From positions 608,001-672,000 of the forward strand of contig OZ220732.1 in NCBI GenBank assembly GCA_965116905.1: a DNA stretch of 64,000 bases, read 5' to 3'. This DNA is from Longimicrobiales bacterium (GTDB lineage Bacteria; Gemmatimonadota; Gemmatimonadetes; Longimicrobiales; Gaopeijiaceae). Positions within the stretch are counted from its first letter, which is position 1, and each line of letters starts with the position of its first letter. The notes beneath the pieces are model-generated. The model searched no databases and had not been told where the DNA came from. It saw only the letters and a list, made by a program, of their open reading frames with translations. Below are positions 47,585-57,093 of this stretch, piece after piece. A program made the translations under genes and the position numbers.

Positions 47585-49276
47585 ATGAACCGGAACCCGA
47601 CACCGTTTTGCGCCGTCATCGTCCTGTCCGCCGCGATGATCGCCGCGCTGACCGCAGCGTGCGCCGGCGGCGACGATTCGGCCCGCAGGGCAGGCACGCC
47701 CGAGCTGCGCGGCGCCCTGTTCGACACGATCATCGCGCGCACCGAGCGGCGCGAGGCCTTCTCCCCGCTCAAGAACGAGCGCCTGGGGCTCGATCCTCTC
47801 GCCGCGATGATGGCGCTCCGCAACGAGGTCGTCAGCGCGGGGACGGACGACGAGCTCTACTACGCGCTGGCCCGGGTGAGTCATGCCCGCCGCGATCGCC
47901 ACCTCGACGTGATCCTCGTGCCGGGCGGACTGGCACCCTCCGACAGCGCGGGCCTGGAGGTCGCGGAGGGCCTCGATCCCGACCCGCCCGCACGGGCACC
48001 GGTGAGAGTGTTCCCCGACTTCTCCGATGGTGCCGATGGTGCCGGGGGCGCCGCCTATTTCGTGGGCGACATCGCGGCGTTCGTCGCCGACTCCGGGGCG
48101 GAGGACGAGGACCAGGACGAGGACGAGGACGAGCCCGAGCTGCCGTCGATCGGGGACAGGATCGTGAGCGTCAACGGGATGCCCGTCGCTGCGTGGCACG
48201 ACTCGGCCGCGGCGTTCATCCAGCATTCCACTCGGGCCGGGCTCCGGTGGAAGCTGGCCGAAGCCATGACCCTCGCGACCGCCGCCTTCCCGCCCCACCT
48301 CCGCGGCGACCACCTCACCCTTGGCGTCCGCTCGGCCACGGGCGACGAGGCCACGCACCAACTCCCCTTCCTGCCCCCCGGCGACCTCTTCTGGCACGGC
48401 ACCGGCGAGCCGAGCTACCCCGGGCTGGCCCTCGCGCTGACCACCGACACCTACGACCTCCTCGTCCCGGAGGACGGCCGCCCGTTCCTCGTCCTCGTCT
48501 GGCGAGGCTTCCGCGAATCGATGGTCGCCGACGTCGACGGCCTGATCACGTACGCCCAGTCGCGCGGCCTCCTCGATCACGCGCTCGTCATGGACGTCAC
48601 GCGCAGCCGCGGCGGTTCCCTCGGCGCGTACGCCATGCAGCGCCTGCAGTCCCGTCCCTTCACGACCACCTTCGGCAACCTGCGCATCAGCGACGTCACG
48701 CTCCCCTTCGTCGAGGACAAGCGGCGCGACTTTGCCGCCCGCGACATCAACGACGGTGGCGTGCCCGAGACGATCGACGATGGCACATGGCTGATGGAGT
48801 GGTTGGAGGACGACGTTCTCGGCGCGCTCGAGCGGGGCGACGCATACTCGAACAACGTCCCCTTCAAGCTTGCGCACGCTCCGCGTGACTCGGACGGAGT
48901 CCTGGAACCGGCGGACGTGCATTTCCGTGGCGCGTTCGGCGTCATTTCCGGACCGCACGGCGGCTCCCACCTCGACCAGTTCGTCTCGATCGTGGTCGAC
49001 AACGGCCTGGGACCCGTGGTCGGGATGCCGCCCGGGGGCTATTCCAACACCTGGGAATGGGACGAGGTGCTGACCTTCCCGGGGACCGGCCAGCCGGTGG
49101 TCGAGTTCATGTGGAACATCGGCCACACGATCCGGCCGAACGGCGAGATTGCCGAGGGCAACCCGGCCAGCGTGGACGAATGGATGCCCCTCACGCCGGA
49201 AAACGTGACGACGTACTACGGGGACATGCTGGAGCGGGTGCTGGAACTGATGCTCAGCCCGGGCGGTCGCGAGTGA
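47585..49276 (+). CDS. Lipoprotein, PDZ + divergent S41-like peptidase
   Basis: Lipobox TAAC; IGDRIVSVNG; DVTRSRGGS; GGSHLD; EGNP. Confidence 0.55.
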   Translation: MNRNPTPFCAVIVLSAAMIAALTAACAGGDDSARRAGTPELRGALFDTIIARTERREAFSPLKNERLGLDPLAAMMALRNEVVSAGTDDELYYALARVSHARRDRHLDVILVPGGLAPSDSAGLEVAEGLDPDPPARAPVRVFPDFSDGADGAGGAAYFVGDIAAFVADSGAEDEDQDEDEDEPELPSIGDRIVSVNGMPVAAWHDSAAAFIQHSTRAGLRWKLAEAMTLATAAFPPHLRGDHLTLGVRSATGDEATHQLPFLPPGDLFWHGTGEPSYPGLALALTTDTYDLLVPEDGRPFLVLVWRGFRESMVADVDGLITYAQSRGLLDHALVMDVTRSRGGSLGAYAMQRLQSRPFTTTFGNLRISDVTLPFVEDKRRDFAARDINDGGVPETIDDGTWLMEWLEDDVLGALERGDAYSNNVPFKLAHAPRDSDGVLEPADVHFRGAFGVISGPHGGSHLDQFVSIVVDNGLGPVVGMPPGGYSNTWEWDEVLTFPGTGQPVVEFMWNIGHTIRPNGEIAEGNPASVDEWMPLTPENVTTYYGDMLERVLELMLSPGGRE

Positions 49277-49574
49277 GGGTGCGCTCCAGTCGGCGGTTGT
49301 ACTCCCGGACCATGCCCGGAATGAGGAACGCATCCGCGATCAACCACAGCAACCCGCATGCGATAAGGAACGTGCCCATGCCGGATCCGGCCTCGTCCCC
49401 AAGCACCAGGAACAGCCCGGTCCCGAGCAGCACAGGCTGGGCCAGCCCGCTGAACTTGTCGAGAAACAGCCGATGGACACCCAGGGGTGATAGCAGAATC
49501 CAGAGGAAGTAGACGTCGGCGGGTGATTTGCTCCTGGCCGTATAGCGAGCCCGCGCAAGCTTGTCCATTCGCAT
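49254..49574 (-). CDS. TM2/NINE domain membrane protein
   Basis: YFLWILL..LGVHRLFL; WLIADAFLIPGMVREYN. Confidence 0.8.
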   Translation of the reverse strand: MRMDKLARARYTARSKSPADVYFLWILLSPLGVHRLFLDKFSGLAQPVLLGTGLFLVLGDEAGSGMGTFLIACGLLWLIADAFLIPGMVREYNRRLERTLTRDRPG

Positions 49575-49668
49575 CGCTCCTTTCCGCCGGACACGCCGCC
49601 GGATGTGCGCCGACTCGCCCGGCCCGGGAAACGCCGCAATGGTATCTGTCCCGGGAGTGGCCTGCAAC

Positions 49669-50901
49669 ATGACCGGGCCCGCCGAGGTACCGGTGAAGCA
49701 AGCGTCCGGCCGCGGCCCCCGCCGCGGCCACGGGGCCCGCATCCTGGCCGGGATGCTCGCCGGTGCGGTCGTGGGCGCGATTCTGGGCGCGCGCGCGGTC
49801 GCGCTGCAGCCCATCGGCGACCTCTTCATCAACCTCCTGATCCTCGCCGCCGTCCCACTCGTCTTCTTCAACCTGCTCGCAGGCCTCACCGCCCTCGCCG
49901 ACACGCGCGCGCTGGGACGTCTCGCCGGTAAGACGCTCGGCTACTACCTGACCACGGACGTGATCGCGCTGGCGCTGGGGCTGGGCGCGGCCGCGCTCCT
50001 GCGGCCGGGCGACGGGATGCAGCTCACCGAGACGGTCGCGGGGCCGGTGGGCGAGGTGCCCTCGGTCGCGTCCATCCTGCTCGGGATGATCCCCACGAAC
50101 GTCTTTCGCGCGTTCAGCGACGGCAACGTGGTCCAGATCGTGGTCCTGGCGCTGCTTGTGGGCGTCGCGACCATAGCCCTGCGGGACGGCCCCCGCGCCC
50201 GCCTCGCGACCGCATACGACGACCTCGCCACCCTCTTCCGGCGCCTGGTGCACCTGATCCTGTGGACCGCTCCGGTCGGGATCGGCGCGCTCATCGTGGT
50301 CACGGTCGGGCGGTACGGCGCCGAGCTGATCGGCCCGATGGCGCGGTTTCTCGCGGGCGTGTGGCTCGCGCAGCTAGTGATCGTGGCCGGGTACATGACG
50401 CTGCTGCGACTGTTCAGCGACTATCGCCCGGGCCGCTTCCTGCAGAGCACCGGGTCCCTGTGGGCGACCACCGCGGCCACGACATCGAGCCTGGCATCGC
50501 TCTCGGTGGGGATGGAGACGGCACGGAGGCTTGGCCTTCCCCGCCGCGTGTTCGCCTTCACCCTCCCCCTCGGGGCCCAACTGAACAAGGACGGGACGTC
50601 GGCCATGCTGGGCGCGGTCCTCATCTTCACCGCGCAGGCGGCGGGCGTCACCTTCACGGCGGCCGATTTCCTGACGATCCTCCTGCTGGGACTGCTCCTG
50701 TCCGAGGCGTCGGGCGGGATTCCCGGCGGCGGGTTCGTGATCGCGCTCATCTATGTGCAGGCGTTCAACCTGCCCATCGAGGTGGCGGCGATCGTGGGCG
50801 GGATCTACCGGTTCGTCGACATCGGCAACACGACCGTGAACATCATGGGCGACATGGTCGGCACGTCGCTGGTCGCCCGTTCGGAGGCAAGACGCGAATG
50901 A
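49669..50901 (+). CDS. Dicarboxylate/amino acid:cation symporter (DAACS)
   Basis: IGDLFINL, IPTNVF, TTSSLASL, LPLGAQLNKDGT, TTVNIMGD. Confidence 0.92.
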   Translation: MTGPAEVPVKQASGRGPRRGHGARILAGMLAGAVVGAILGARAVALQPIGDLFINLLILAAVPLVFFNLLAGLTALADTRALGRLAGKTLGYYLTTDVIALALGLGAAALLRPGDGMQLTETVAGPVGEVPSVASILLGMIPTNVFRAFSDGNVVQIVVLALLVGVATIALRDGPRARLATAYDDLATLFRRLVHLILWTAPVGIGALIVVTVGRYGAELIGPMARFLAGVWLAQLVIVAGYMTLLRLFSDYRPGRFLQSTGSLWATTAATTSSLASLSVGMETARRLGLPRRVFAFTLPLGAQLNKDGTSAMLGAVLIFTAQAAGVTFTAADFLTILLLGLLLSEASGGIPGGGFVIALIYVQAFNLPIEVAAIVGGIYRFVDIGNTTVNIMGDMVGTSLVARSEARRE

Positions 50902-50920
50902 ACCGTCGGGCAGGTGCGAC

Positions 50921-52105
50921 ATGAACCCGGCCATCCGGGCGCTTTTTCCGGGCGCGAGCGAGCAGGCCTACTTCGACATTTCCGCGCGCGCGCTGGTGCC
51001 CGAGCCCGTGCGGGCGGCGGTCGCGGACCACCTGCGGACGCGGATGCTGCGCGGGGGCGACAAGGACGCCATGCGGGCCGTGGTCGAGCGGACCCGGACA
51101 TCGTTCGCGGCGCTGATCGGCGGGGACGAGGACGAGGTGGCGATCACCAAGAACGTGTCCGAGGGACTCAACCTCTTCGGGGCCAGCCTGCCGTGGCAAG
51201 CGGGCGACAACGTGGTGCTGTGTCCGGCGCTGGAGCACCCCAACAACATCTACCTGTGGCACAATTTTGCGCGAGTGCACGGAATCGAGGTGCGTTCGGT
51301 GGCGCCCGTGGACGGCCACATCCCGGTCGAGTCGATGGGCGAGGCAATGGACGAACGCACCCGCCTCGTGACCGTGCCCAGCATCTCGTTCGCGCCCGGG
51401 TTCATCACCGACGTGCAGGGGATCGCGGCGGCGGCACGGCGGGTCGGCGCCCTCACGCTGGTCGACGCGGCCCAGTCGGTGGGCGCGCTGCGGACCGACG
51501 TGCGCGACCTGGGCATCGACGCTCTGGCGGTGGCCACGCAGAAGTGCCTGCTCGCCGAGTACGGCTTCGGCTTCCTGTACGTGCGCCGCGAGGTCGCGGA
51601 GACGCTCGTGCCGGTCCACCTGGCCCGCTTCGGGGTCGAACTCGACGGCCACGAGACGGCCTACACCGACGCCGAACTGCGGTACCGCCCCGGCGCACTC
51701 CGGTTCGACGTCGGCAACTACAACTACCTGGGCGCGGCGGCCGCGGGAGCGGCGCTGGAACTGCTCGCCAGCCTCCGAATCGACCGCGTGGAAGCGTTCG
51801 TGCGCCGCCTTGCAGGCGATCTCGCCGGCCGGCTTCACGACCTGGGACTCCCGGTGATCGGCGGAGCCCCCGGACGCCGCCTTGCGCACATCGTCTGCGT
51901 CGGCCCCGGCGTCGGCGGGCGGCATTACGAGGCCGGCAACCGCGAGATGCAGTCACTGCACGACCACCTGACCGCGTCCGGAATCCGTCTCGCGATCCGC
52001 AGCGGCGCGCTGCGGTTCTCGGTGGGTGTCTACAACAACGAGGAAGACGTCGAACGCGTGGTCGAGGCGGCGCGGGAGTGGTGCGGCAAGCCGTCGGGCT
52101 GTTAG
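50921..52105 (+). CDS. Aminotransferase class V PLP-dependent enzyme
   Basis: EHPNN, VDAAQSVG, QKCLL, RFSVGVYNNEEDV. Confidence 0.9.
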   Translation: MNPAIRALFPGASEQAYFDISARALVPEPVRAAVADHLRTRMLRGGDKDAMRAVVERTRTSFAALIGGDEDEVAITKNVSEGLNLFGASLPWQAGDNVVLCPALEHPNNIYLWHNFARVHGIEVRSVAPVDGHIPVESMGEAMDERTRLVTVPSISFAPGFITDVQGIAAAARRVGALTLVDAAQSVGALRTDVRDLGIDALAVATQKCLLAEYGFGFLYVRREVAETLVPVHLARFGVELDGHETAYTDAELRYRPGALRFDVGNYNYLGAAAAGAALELLASLRIDRVEAFVRRLAGDLAGRLHDLGLPVIGGAPGRRLAHIVCVGPGVGGRHYEAGNREMQSLHDHLTASGIRLAIRSGALRFSVGVYNNEEDVERVVEAAREWCGKPSGC

Positions 52106-52128
52106 TTCAATTTAGGCCATAACCTGAA

Positions 52129-53268
52129 CTAAGAGTCGGACGGCGCCAAATACGCCCGGCTACCCCTGATCTCCAGTCTGGTGCCGTATTCCGCCGACAG
52201 CTCCGCCAGCCGCTCGAGGATCGCCGATCCCGCGTCCCCGTCGGCCACCTCCGGATAGCCGCGCGTCTCGAAGAAGAGCTCGCCGGGCGTCCCCTCGTTC
52301 AGCACGACCGGCACGAACGCCACCTCCCGAACGCCGTCCGCCCCCACCGACAGCGTCGCCACAGCGCTCTCCCAAACCTCGCGCGGATAGTTCCCCACGT
52401 CCGTCCTGGTATGGAAGATGAAGTTGCCGAGCCCATACAGGATCAGCCCGTTCCCGTACGCCTCGACACCCGCGAGCCGCGGCTCCCCGTGACTGATATA
52501 CACGTCCGCGCCCGCGTCCACGGCCGCCCGCGCCCAGCGTTCCTGCCAGCCGGGGCCAGCGTCCGTCTGGTAGTGTTGGTAGGAGATGAGAACGTCGCTG
52601 TTCGCGGCGGCTTCCCGGATCGCGCCGAGATTCCGGTCCCATGCCCCGGCGTCGTCCGGATGCAGGAGATTCACGCCCGGCTTCGTCGCCGTCGCCATAG
52701 CCCCGGGCGGCGCATTCACGGTCGCCAGGGCCACCATCCCGACGCGCACGCCGCCCACGTCCCGGTACGAGGGCGCTGCCGCCTCGGGCAGGGTACGCCC
52801 CGTGCCGGCGTGGGTGATCCCGCGCCGGGCGACCTCCTCGACCGTCGAGACGATGCCCTCGTCCCCGTAGTCCCACGAGTGGTTGTTGGCGAGCGCGAGC
52901 AGCGAGACGCCGATCTCGTCCAGGTAGTCGAGCACCTCGGGGCCGGCGCCGTGGAAGAAGACGTCGTCGCGGGTCGGCGTACAGTCGCATCCGGGCGCCG
53001 CGATCGCGACTTCCAGGTTCGTGAAGACGGCGTCCGCGCCTGCCAGAATCGGCGCGACGGTGGCCAGTGGCGCCTCGAGGTATTCGCGGGGATCGTGCTC
53101 GATCAGGGCTTGCCCGACCACCGCGAGTGTCACGGTGGGCTTGGAGCCGGACCGGCCCGGGCTGTCCGTGCCCGGTGCGCACGCGGCGCTGGTGATGCCC
53201 AACATCCCCACGAGGCCGAGCCTGGAGACACCTGTGCGCGGGCGGGCCCGACGGGCGAGCTTCGTCAT
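52129..53268 (-). CDS. CapA (PGA_cap) family metallophosphatase-like lipoprotein
   Basis: FTNLE, LANNHSWDYG, AVDAGAD, YGLGNFIF. Confidence 0.88.
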   Translation of the reverse strand: MTKLARRARPRTGVSRLGLVGMLGITSAACAPGTDSPGRSGSKPTVTLAVVGQALIEHDPREYLEAPLATVAPILAGADAVFTNLEVAIAAPGCDCTPTRDDVFFHGAGPEVLDYLDEIGVSLLALANNHSWDYGDEGIVSTVEEVARRGITHAGTGRTLPEAAAPSYRDVGGVRVGMVALATVNAPPGAMATATKPGVNLLHPDDAGAWDRNLGAIREAAANSDVLISYQHYQTDAGPGWQERWARAAVDAGADVYISHGEPRLAGVEAYGNGLILYGLGNFIFHTRTDVGNYPREVWESAVATLSVGADGVREVAFVPVVLNEGTPGELFFETRGYPEVADGDAGSAILERLAELSAEYGTRLEIRGSRAYLAPSDS

Positions 53269-53281
53269 CCTTTCATCCCCC

Positions 53282-54757
53282 TCATTCCTGCCCCCTGGCT
53301 TCCGAATCGTCCTCGCTGAGGACCAGCCAGCGCAGTTCGCGGGCGCTTACCGACTGGCGCAGCGGTGCGGCGGCGCGGTAGAAGACGAGGCCGAGCACGC
53401 ACCAGGCGCCGAGCACGATCCACTCCGCGGGCAGCCCATCGGCCGCGTGGAACGGACCCCAGGCGGCCGCGGCGACCAGGCCGGCGGCAAGGACTGCGGT
53501 CAGGTAGAGGAACGCGCGGCCTCCCGGCACCGTGTAGGGACGCGCGTGGCCGGGTCTTGTCCTGCGCAGGCGGAGGACCCCCAGCACGACGACCAGGAAC
53601 ACCAGGCCGGCGGAGATCGACCCTGCTCCGACAATCACGAGGATCGCGTTGCGTCCGAAGAGCGTCCCCACGGCGCCCATGACCGCTACGAAGATCACGG
53701 CGGCGGCCGGCGAGCCGTGGCGCTCGTGGACGCTGGCCAGGCGGCGGGGGATCATGTGGGCGCGCGCCATCGCGAAAACGATGCGCGTGGACGCGAAGAA
53801 GATCGCGTTCCACGTCGTGATCAGCCCGAAGAGGCCGGCGACCAGCACCACGCGCCCCAACAGCGGAGACGTGAAGGCGGCCTCGATCGCGCTGGCCGCG
53901 GGCAGTTCCGAAGCCAGCAGCTCCGGGCGCGGAAGGCTCATCGCGGTCGCGAGGATCACGAGAAGGTAGAACACCATCGCGAAGACGATCGAGGCGCCGA
54001 TGACGCGCGGGATGAGCCGCAGCCTCGATCCTTCCTCCACCTCCTCCATCGCCTGGGGGATCGTGTCGAAGCCGGCGAACCACCACGCTGCAGTCGCGAA
54101 AACGACGGCCACGCCGGCGAAGGCGGCGCCCGGAGTGGCCCCGGTGAACATCGGCTCGAGGTTGGCGACGCTGCCGCCGGTGATCCCCGCGAAGACGAAG
54201 ATCGCGGTGAGGATGATCAGCCCGGCCGTCATCAGGTCCTGGAACCAGGCGGCCGTCCTCCCCCCGCGGTAGTTGATGACCGTGATGACCAGCATGACCG
54301 CGAGTCCGAGCGCCAGGCTCCACAGCCGGACCTCCTGGCCCAGCAGCGTATAGATGACCGGCCCCCCGAAGCCGGGCACGAGCGCCGAGACCACCCACTC
54401 CACCGAGATCGCCTCGTAGGAGGTGGTGAAGATGTAGGTGAAGGCGAGGAACCAGGCGGCCAGGAAGCTCCAGCGCGCGCCCCACGCCTCGAACACGTAC
54501 GCGACTTCGCCTCCGGCGACGGGGTACGCCGCCGCCATCTCCGCGTAGCACAGTCCGATCGCGAGCATGGCCAGGCCGCCGGCCGCGAAGGCGACGATGG
54601 CCCCGATGGCGCCGGCGTCACTCAGCCACGCCCCCATCACGATGATCCACCCCACCCCGATGATCGTCCCGAACGCGAGCGAAAAGAGAGACCTCAGCGG
54701 GATGCCCCTGCCGAGCTGCTCGCGCTCGCGGTGCGGCGCCTTCATTCCTCCGGTCAT
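53282..54757 (-). CDS. APC family amino acid permease
   Basis: GTIIGVG, CYAEMAAAYPVAGG, FAGFD, about 12 TM helices. Confidence 0.92.
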   Translation of the reverse strand: MTGGMKAPHREREQLGRGIPLRSLFSLAFGTIIGVGWIIVMGAWLSDAGAIGAIVAFAAGGLAMLAIGLCYAEMAAAYPVAGGEVAYVFEAWGARWSFLAAWFLAFTYIFTTSYEAISVEWVVSALVPGFGGPVIYTLLGQEVRLWSLALGLAVMLVITVINYRGGRTAAWFQDLMTAGLIILTAIFVFAGITGGSVANLEPMFTGATPGAAFAGVAVVFATAAWWFAGFDTIPQAMEEVEEGSRLRLIPRVIGASIVFAMVFYLLVILATAMSLPRPELLASELPAASAIEAAFTSPLLGRVVLVAGLFGLITTWNAIFFASTRIVFAMARAHMIPRRLASVHERHGSPAAAVIFVAVMGAVGTLFGRNAILVIVGAGSISAGLVFLVVVLGVLRLRRTRPGHARPYTVPGGRAFLYLTAVLAAGLVAAAAWGPFHAADGLPAEWIVLGAWCVLGLVFYRAAAPLRQSVSARELRWLVLSEDDSEARGQE

Positions 54758-54901
54758 TCGCCTTCCACGGTTCGAGGCGGGCCGCGGACGACTGGCTGAC
54801 GCCGTCCGCGAGGGTTTATGTAAATCGAGCGACGGGTTTATGTAATGGCGTCAGAGGGCTCGGCGAAAGGCACACGAAGTACGGAGTCGCGAGAGGACGA
54901 A

Positions 54902-55810
54902 ATGACCGATACCGAAAGCGTGGTGAGGCTCGTAGCCATTGTCGGCGCGGGCACGATGGGGCGGCGAATCGCCTATGGATGCGTGTCGCTGGGCGTGGGC
55001 GTAAGGCTGTACGACATTTCCGGCGAAGCGCTCGAAGAGGCCCAAACGGCGGTGTGGAAGCACCTCGAGGGGGGCGTCAGGGGATACGGCCTGACATCCG
55101 AAGAGGCGCTGTCCCTCGTGGAGACCAGCCCGGACCTCGGAGTCTGCGTGCAGGATGCGGACTGGGTGATCGAAGCCGTCCCCGAGAACCTCGAACTCAA
55201 GCGGGTCGTGCTGGCCGACATCGGCGCGGCAGCCCCGCCCCGCGCCTTCGTGGCGTCCAACACCTCCTCGCTGCCCGGCTCCTGGCTGGCCGAGTCCACC
55301 GGCCGGCCCGACCGCTTCATCAACATGAACTTCGGCACGCACGAGGACCTCAAGGTGGAGGTGATGGGGCACCCCGGTACAGCGCCGGCCACAACCCGCG
55401 CCGCGAAGCGGCTTCTGCGGCAACTCGGACTGGTGCCGATCGTCGCGCGCCGCGAGATCCAGGGCTATCCGACCAACCGGATCTGGCGGGCCGTCAAGAA
55501 GGAGGCCCTGCACCTGATCGCGGAGGGTTACCTCAGCGGCGAGGAGATCGACCGCGCGTGGATGCTCGACTGGGGGACGCCGGTCGGTCCCTGCGGCCTG
55601 ATGGACATGGTCGGCCTCGACGTCGTGCGCGATATCGAGAACGTCTACTACCGGGCGTCCGGCGACCCGACCGACAAGCCGCCGGAGTTCCTGGAGCAAA
55701 TGGTGGAACGCGGCGAACTCGGCGTGAAGTCGGGGAGGGGCTTCTACGAGTACCCGTCACCCGCCTACGCGCGCGAGGGATGGCTCACGGACTCGGAGGA
55801 AGAAGAGTGA
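54902..55810 (+). CDS. 3-hydroxyacyl-CoA dehydrogenase family protein
   Basis: GAGTMG, IEAVPENLELK, SNTSS, GPCGLMDMVGLD, LGVKSGRGFY. Confidence 0.9.
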   Translation: MTDTESVVRLVAIVGAGTMGRRIAYGCVSLGVGVRLYDISGEALEEAQTAVWKHLEGGVRGYGLTSEEALSLVETSPDLGVCVQDADWVIEAVPENLELKRVVLADIGAAAPPRAFVASNTSSLPGSWLAESTGRPDRFINMNFGTHEDLKVEVMGHPGTAPATTRAAKRLLRQLGLVPIVARREIQGYPTNRIWRAVKKEALHLIAEGYLSGEEIDRAWMLDWGTPVGPCGLMDMVGLDVVRDIENVYYRASGDPTDKPPEFLEQMVERGELGVKSGRGFYEYPSPAYAREGWLTDSEEEE

Positions 55811-55834
55811 GCGCCGCTCGGCGTGATGACAGCG

Positions 55835-56896
55835 CTAGAACGTCCTGGCGATCCCGGCTTGGATGTTGAGGACACGGTGCCTCGCGGTCTGGCCGACGAC
55901 CCTGTCCACATCCTGAAAGCCGTAGTTGTAGAGAGCCCCGATGGTGACCCGCGTTGAGCCCGTGCCCATTTCGAAGCCCGCACCGGCAGAGAGCCCGAAA
56001 TCAACGGGACGGGTGGTGAGATCGTTCAAGCTGGCGCAGTCGTCACTGGCGCTCAGGCGTTCCGTCCCTTCGCCGACGCTGACAGAAAAGCGGCAGTCCA
56101 GTTCCAGGGAGACGTAGGGGCCCACCAGCGCGTAGAAAGGCAGGTCCGGCGCCCCTGGCGGCGAAATGCGGGCCAGCGCCAGGAAATCGACGCTTTGGAA
56201 GGAGACATCGGCATGGGCCGCCACTTCTCCTGCCTTGACCTCGGTTCGCGCGCCTTTTTGCGCCCACTGGGCACCGAGCTGAAGCCCCAGCGGGGTGCTG
56301 CCCAGGGGGAACGCAACACCCATTCCGGCCGTAACCCCGGCGAGTTGCGACGCATCGACGGTGAATGGGCCCGCAAACGCCATCGTCGCCGAGTTCACGC
56401 CGACCATGGTAAACAGGGTCAGGCCGCCCCCGGTCTCGACCGCCTGGCCAGCCCCGGTCAAATCCGGTTGAGGTACGGGCATCCGGGCCGGCGGCGCCTG
56501 GGGTCGCGGCTCGGCAGCGGCAACCCGGCTCTGGGCCTGATCGAGCACGACCAGCGCGCGTGCATAGTGTTCCCCCCGCCGGCCGGCCAACTGCAGGTAA
56601 CGGGTCACGGACTCGATCGCCGTATGAGGGTGTCCCGCGTCCAGCGCCACCTGTCCGTGGTTGAACCAGAGTTCCGTTGCCGTCTCCAATCCATGCCTGG
56701 CCTGCAGCGCCAGCACAACGTCCAATGCCTCGAGTGCAGCGCCGTAGTCCTGGTTCTGGATCAGCCGGTCGGCGCGCACGAGGTAGAGGTCCACCTGAAT
56801 GTCAGGTGGGAGCTCCTGGCCTGACGCAACCGCCGGTCCCGCCAGAATGACAAGGCCCAGCGCCGCCGCTCGCAGTCCCGGGTTCCATCTGCCCAT
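55835..56896 (-). CDS. Exported protein: helical TPR-like N-domain fused to outer-membrane beta-barrel
   Basis: Signal peptide, helical domain, Pro-rich linker, AQKGA, GPYV, DFGL, terminal Phe. Confidence 0.7.
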   Translation of the reverse strand: MGRWNPGLRAAALGLVILAGPAVASGQELPPDIQVDLYLVRADRLIQNQDYGAALEALDVVLALQARHGLETATELWFNHGQVALDAGHPHTAIESVTRYLQLAGRRGEHYARALVVLDQAQSRVAAAEPRPQAPPARMPVPQPDLTGAGQAVETGGGLTLFTMVGVNSATMAFAGPFTVDASQLAGVTAGMGVAFPLGSTPLGLQLGAQWAQKGARTEVKAGEVAAHADVSFQSVDFLALARISPPGAPDLPFYALVGPYVSLELDCRFSVSVGEGTERLSASDDCASLNDLTTRPVDFGLSAGAGFEMGTGSTRVTIGALYNYGFQDVDRVVGQTARHRVLNIQAGIARTF

Positions 56897-57093
56897 CGTC
56901 GTGCCCTCGATTCCCCTGGGTCGTGGGTCAGCAGTGTCGCCGCAATGTATCAGGGGACGTACGACTGTGAAACCGACTGGCAACGCGATCCTTCTGGCGC
57001 TACCATGCCCCCGGAGTCATGGCAGCGGCGCAACGGCGATCCCCGGGCCGTCCGCGTCGGCCTGGTAACCGAACCACCGTCAGGAGTCCACGA

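Noticed and set aside
54800..54830. TTATGTAAAT as a XerD arm of a dif site
   Set aside because: No matching XerC arm at the 6-bp spacing
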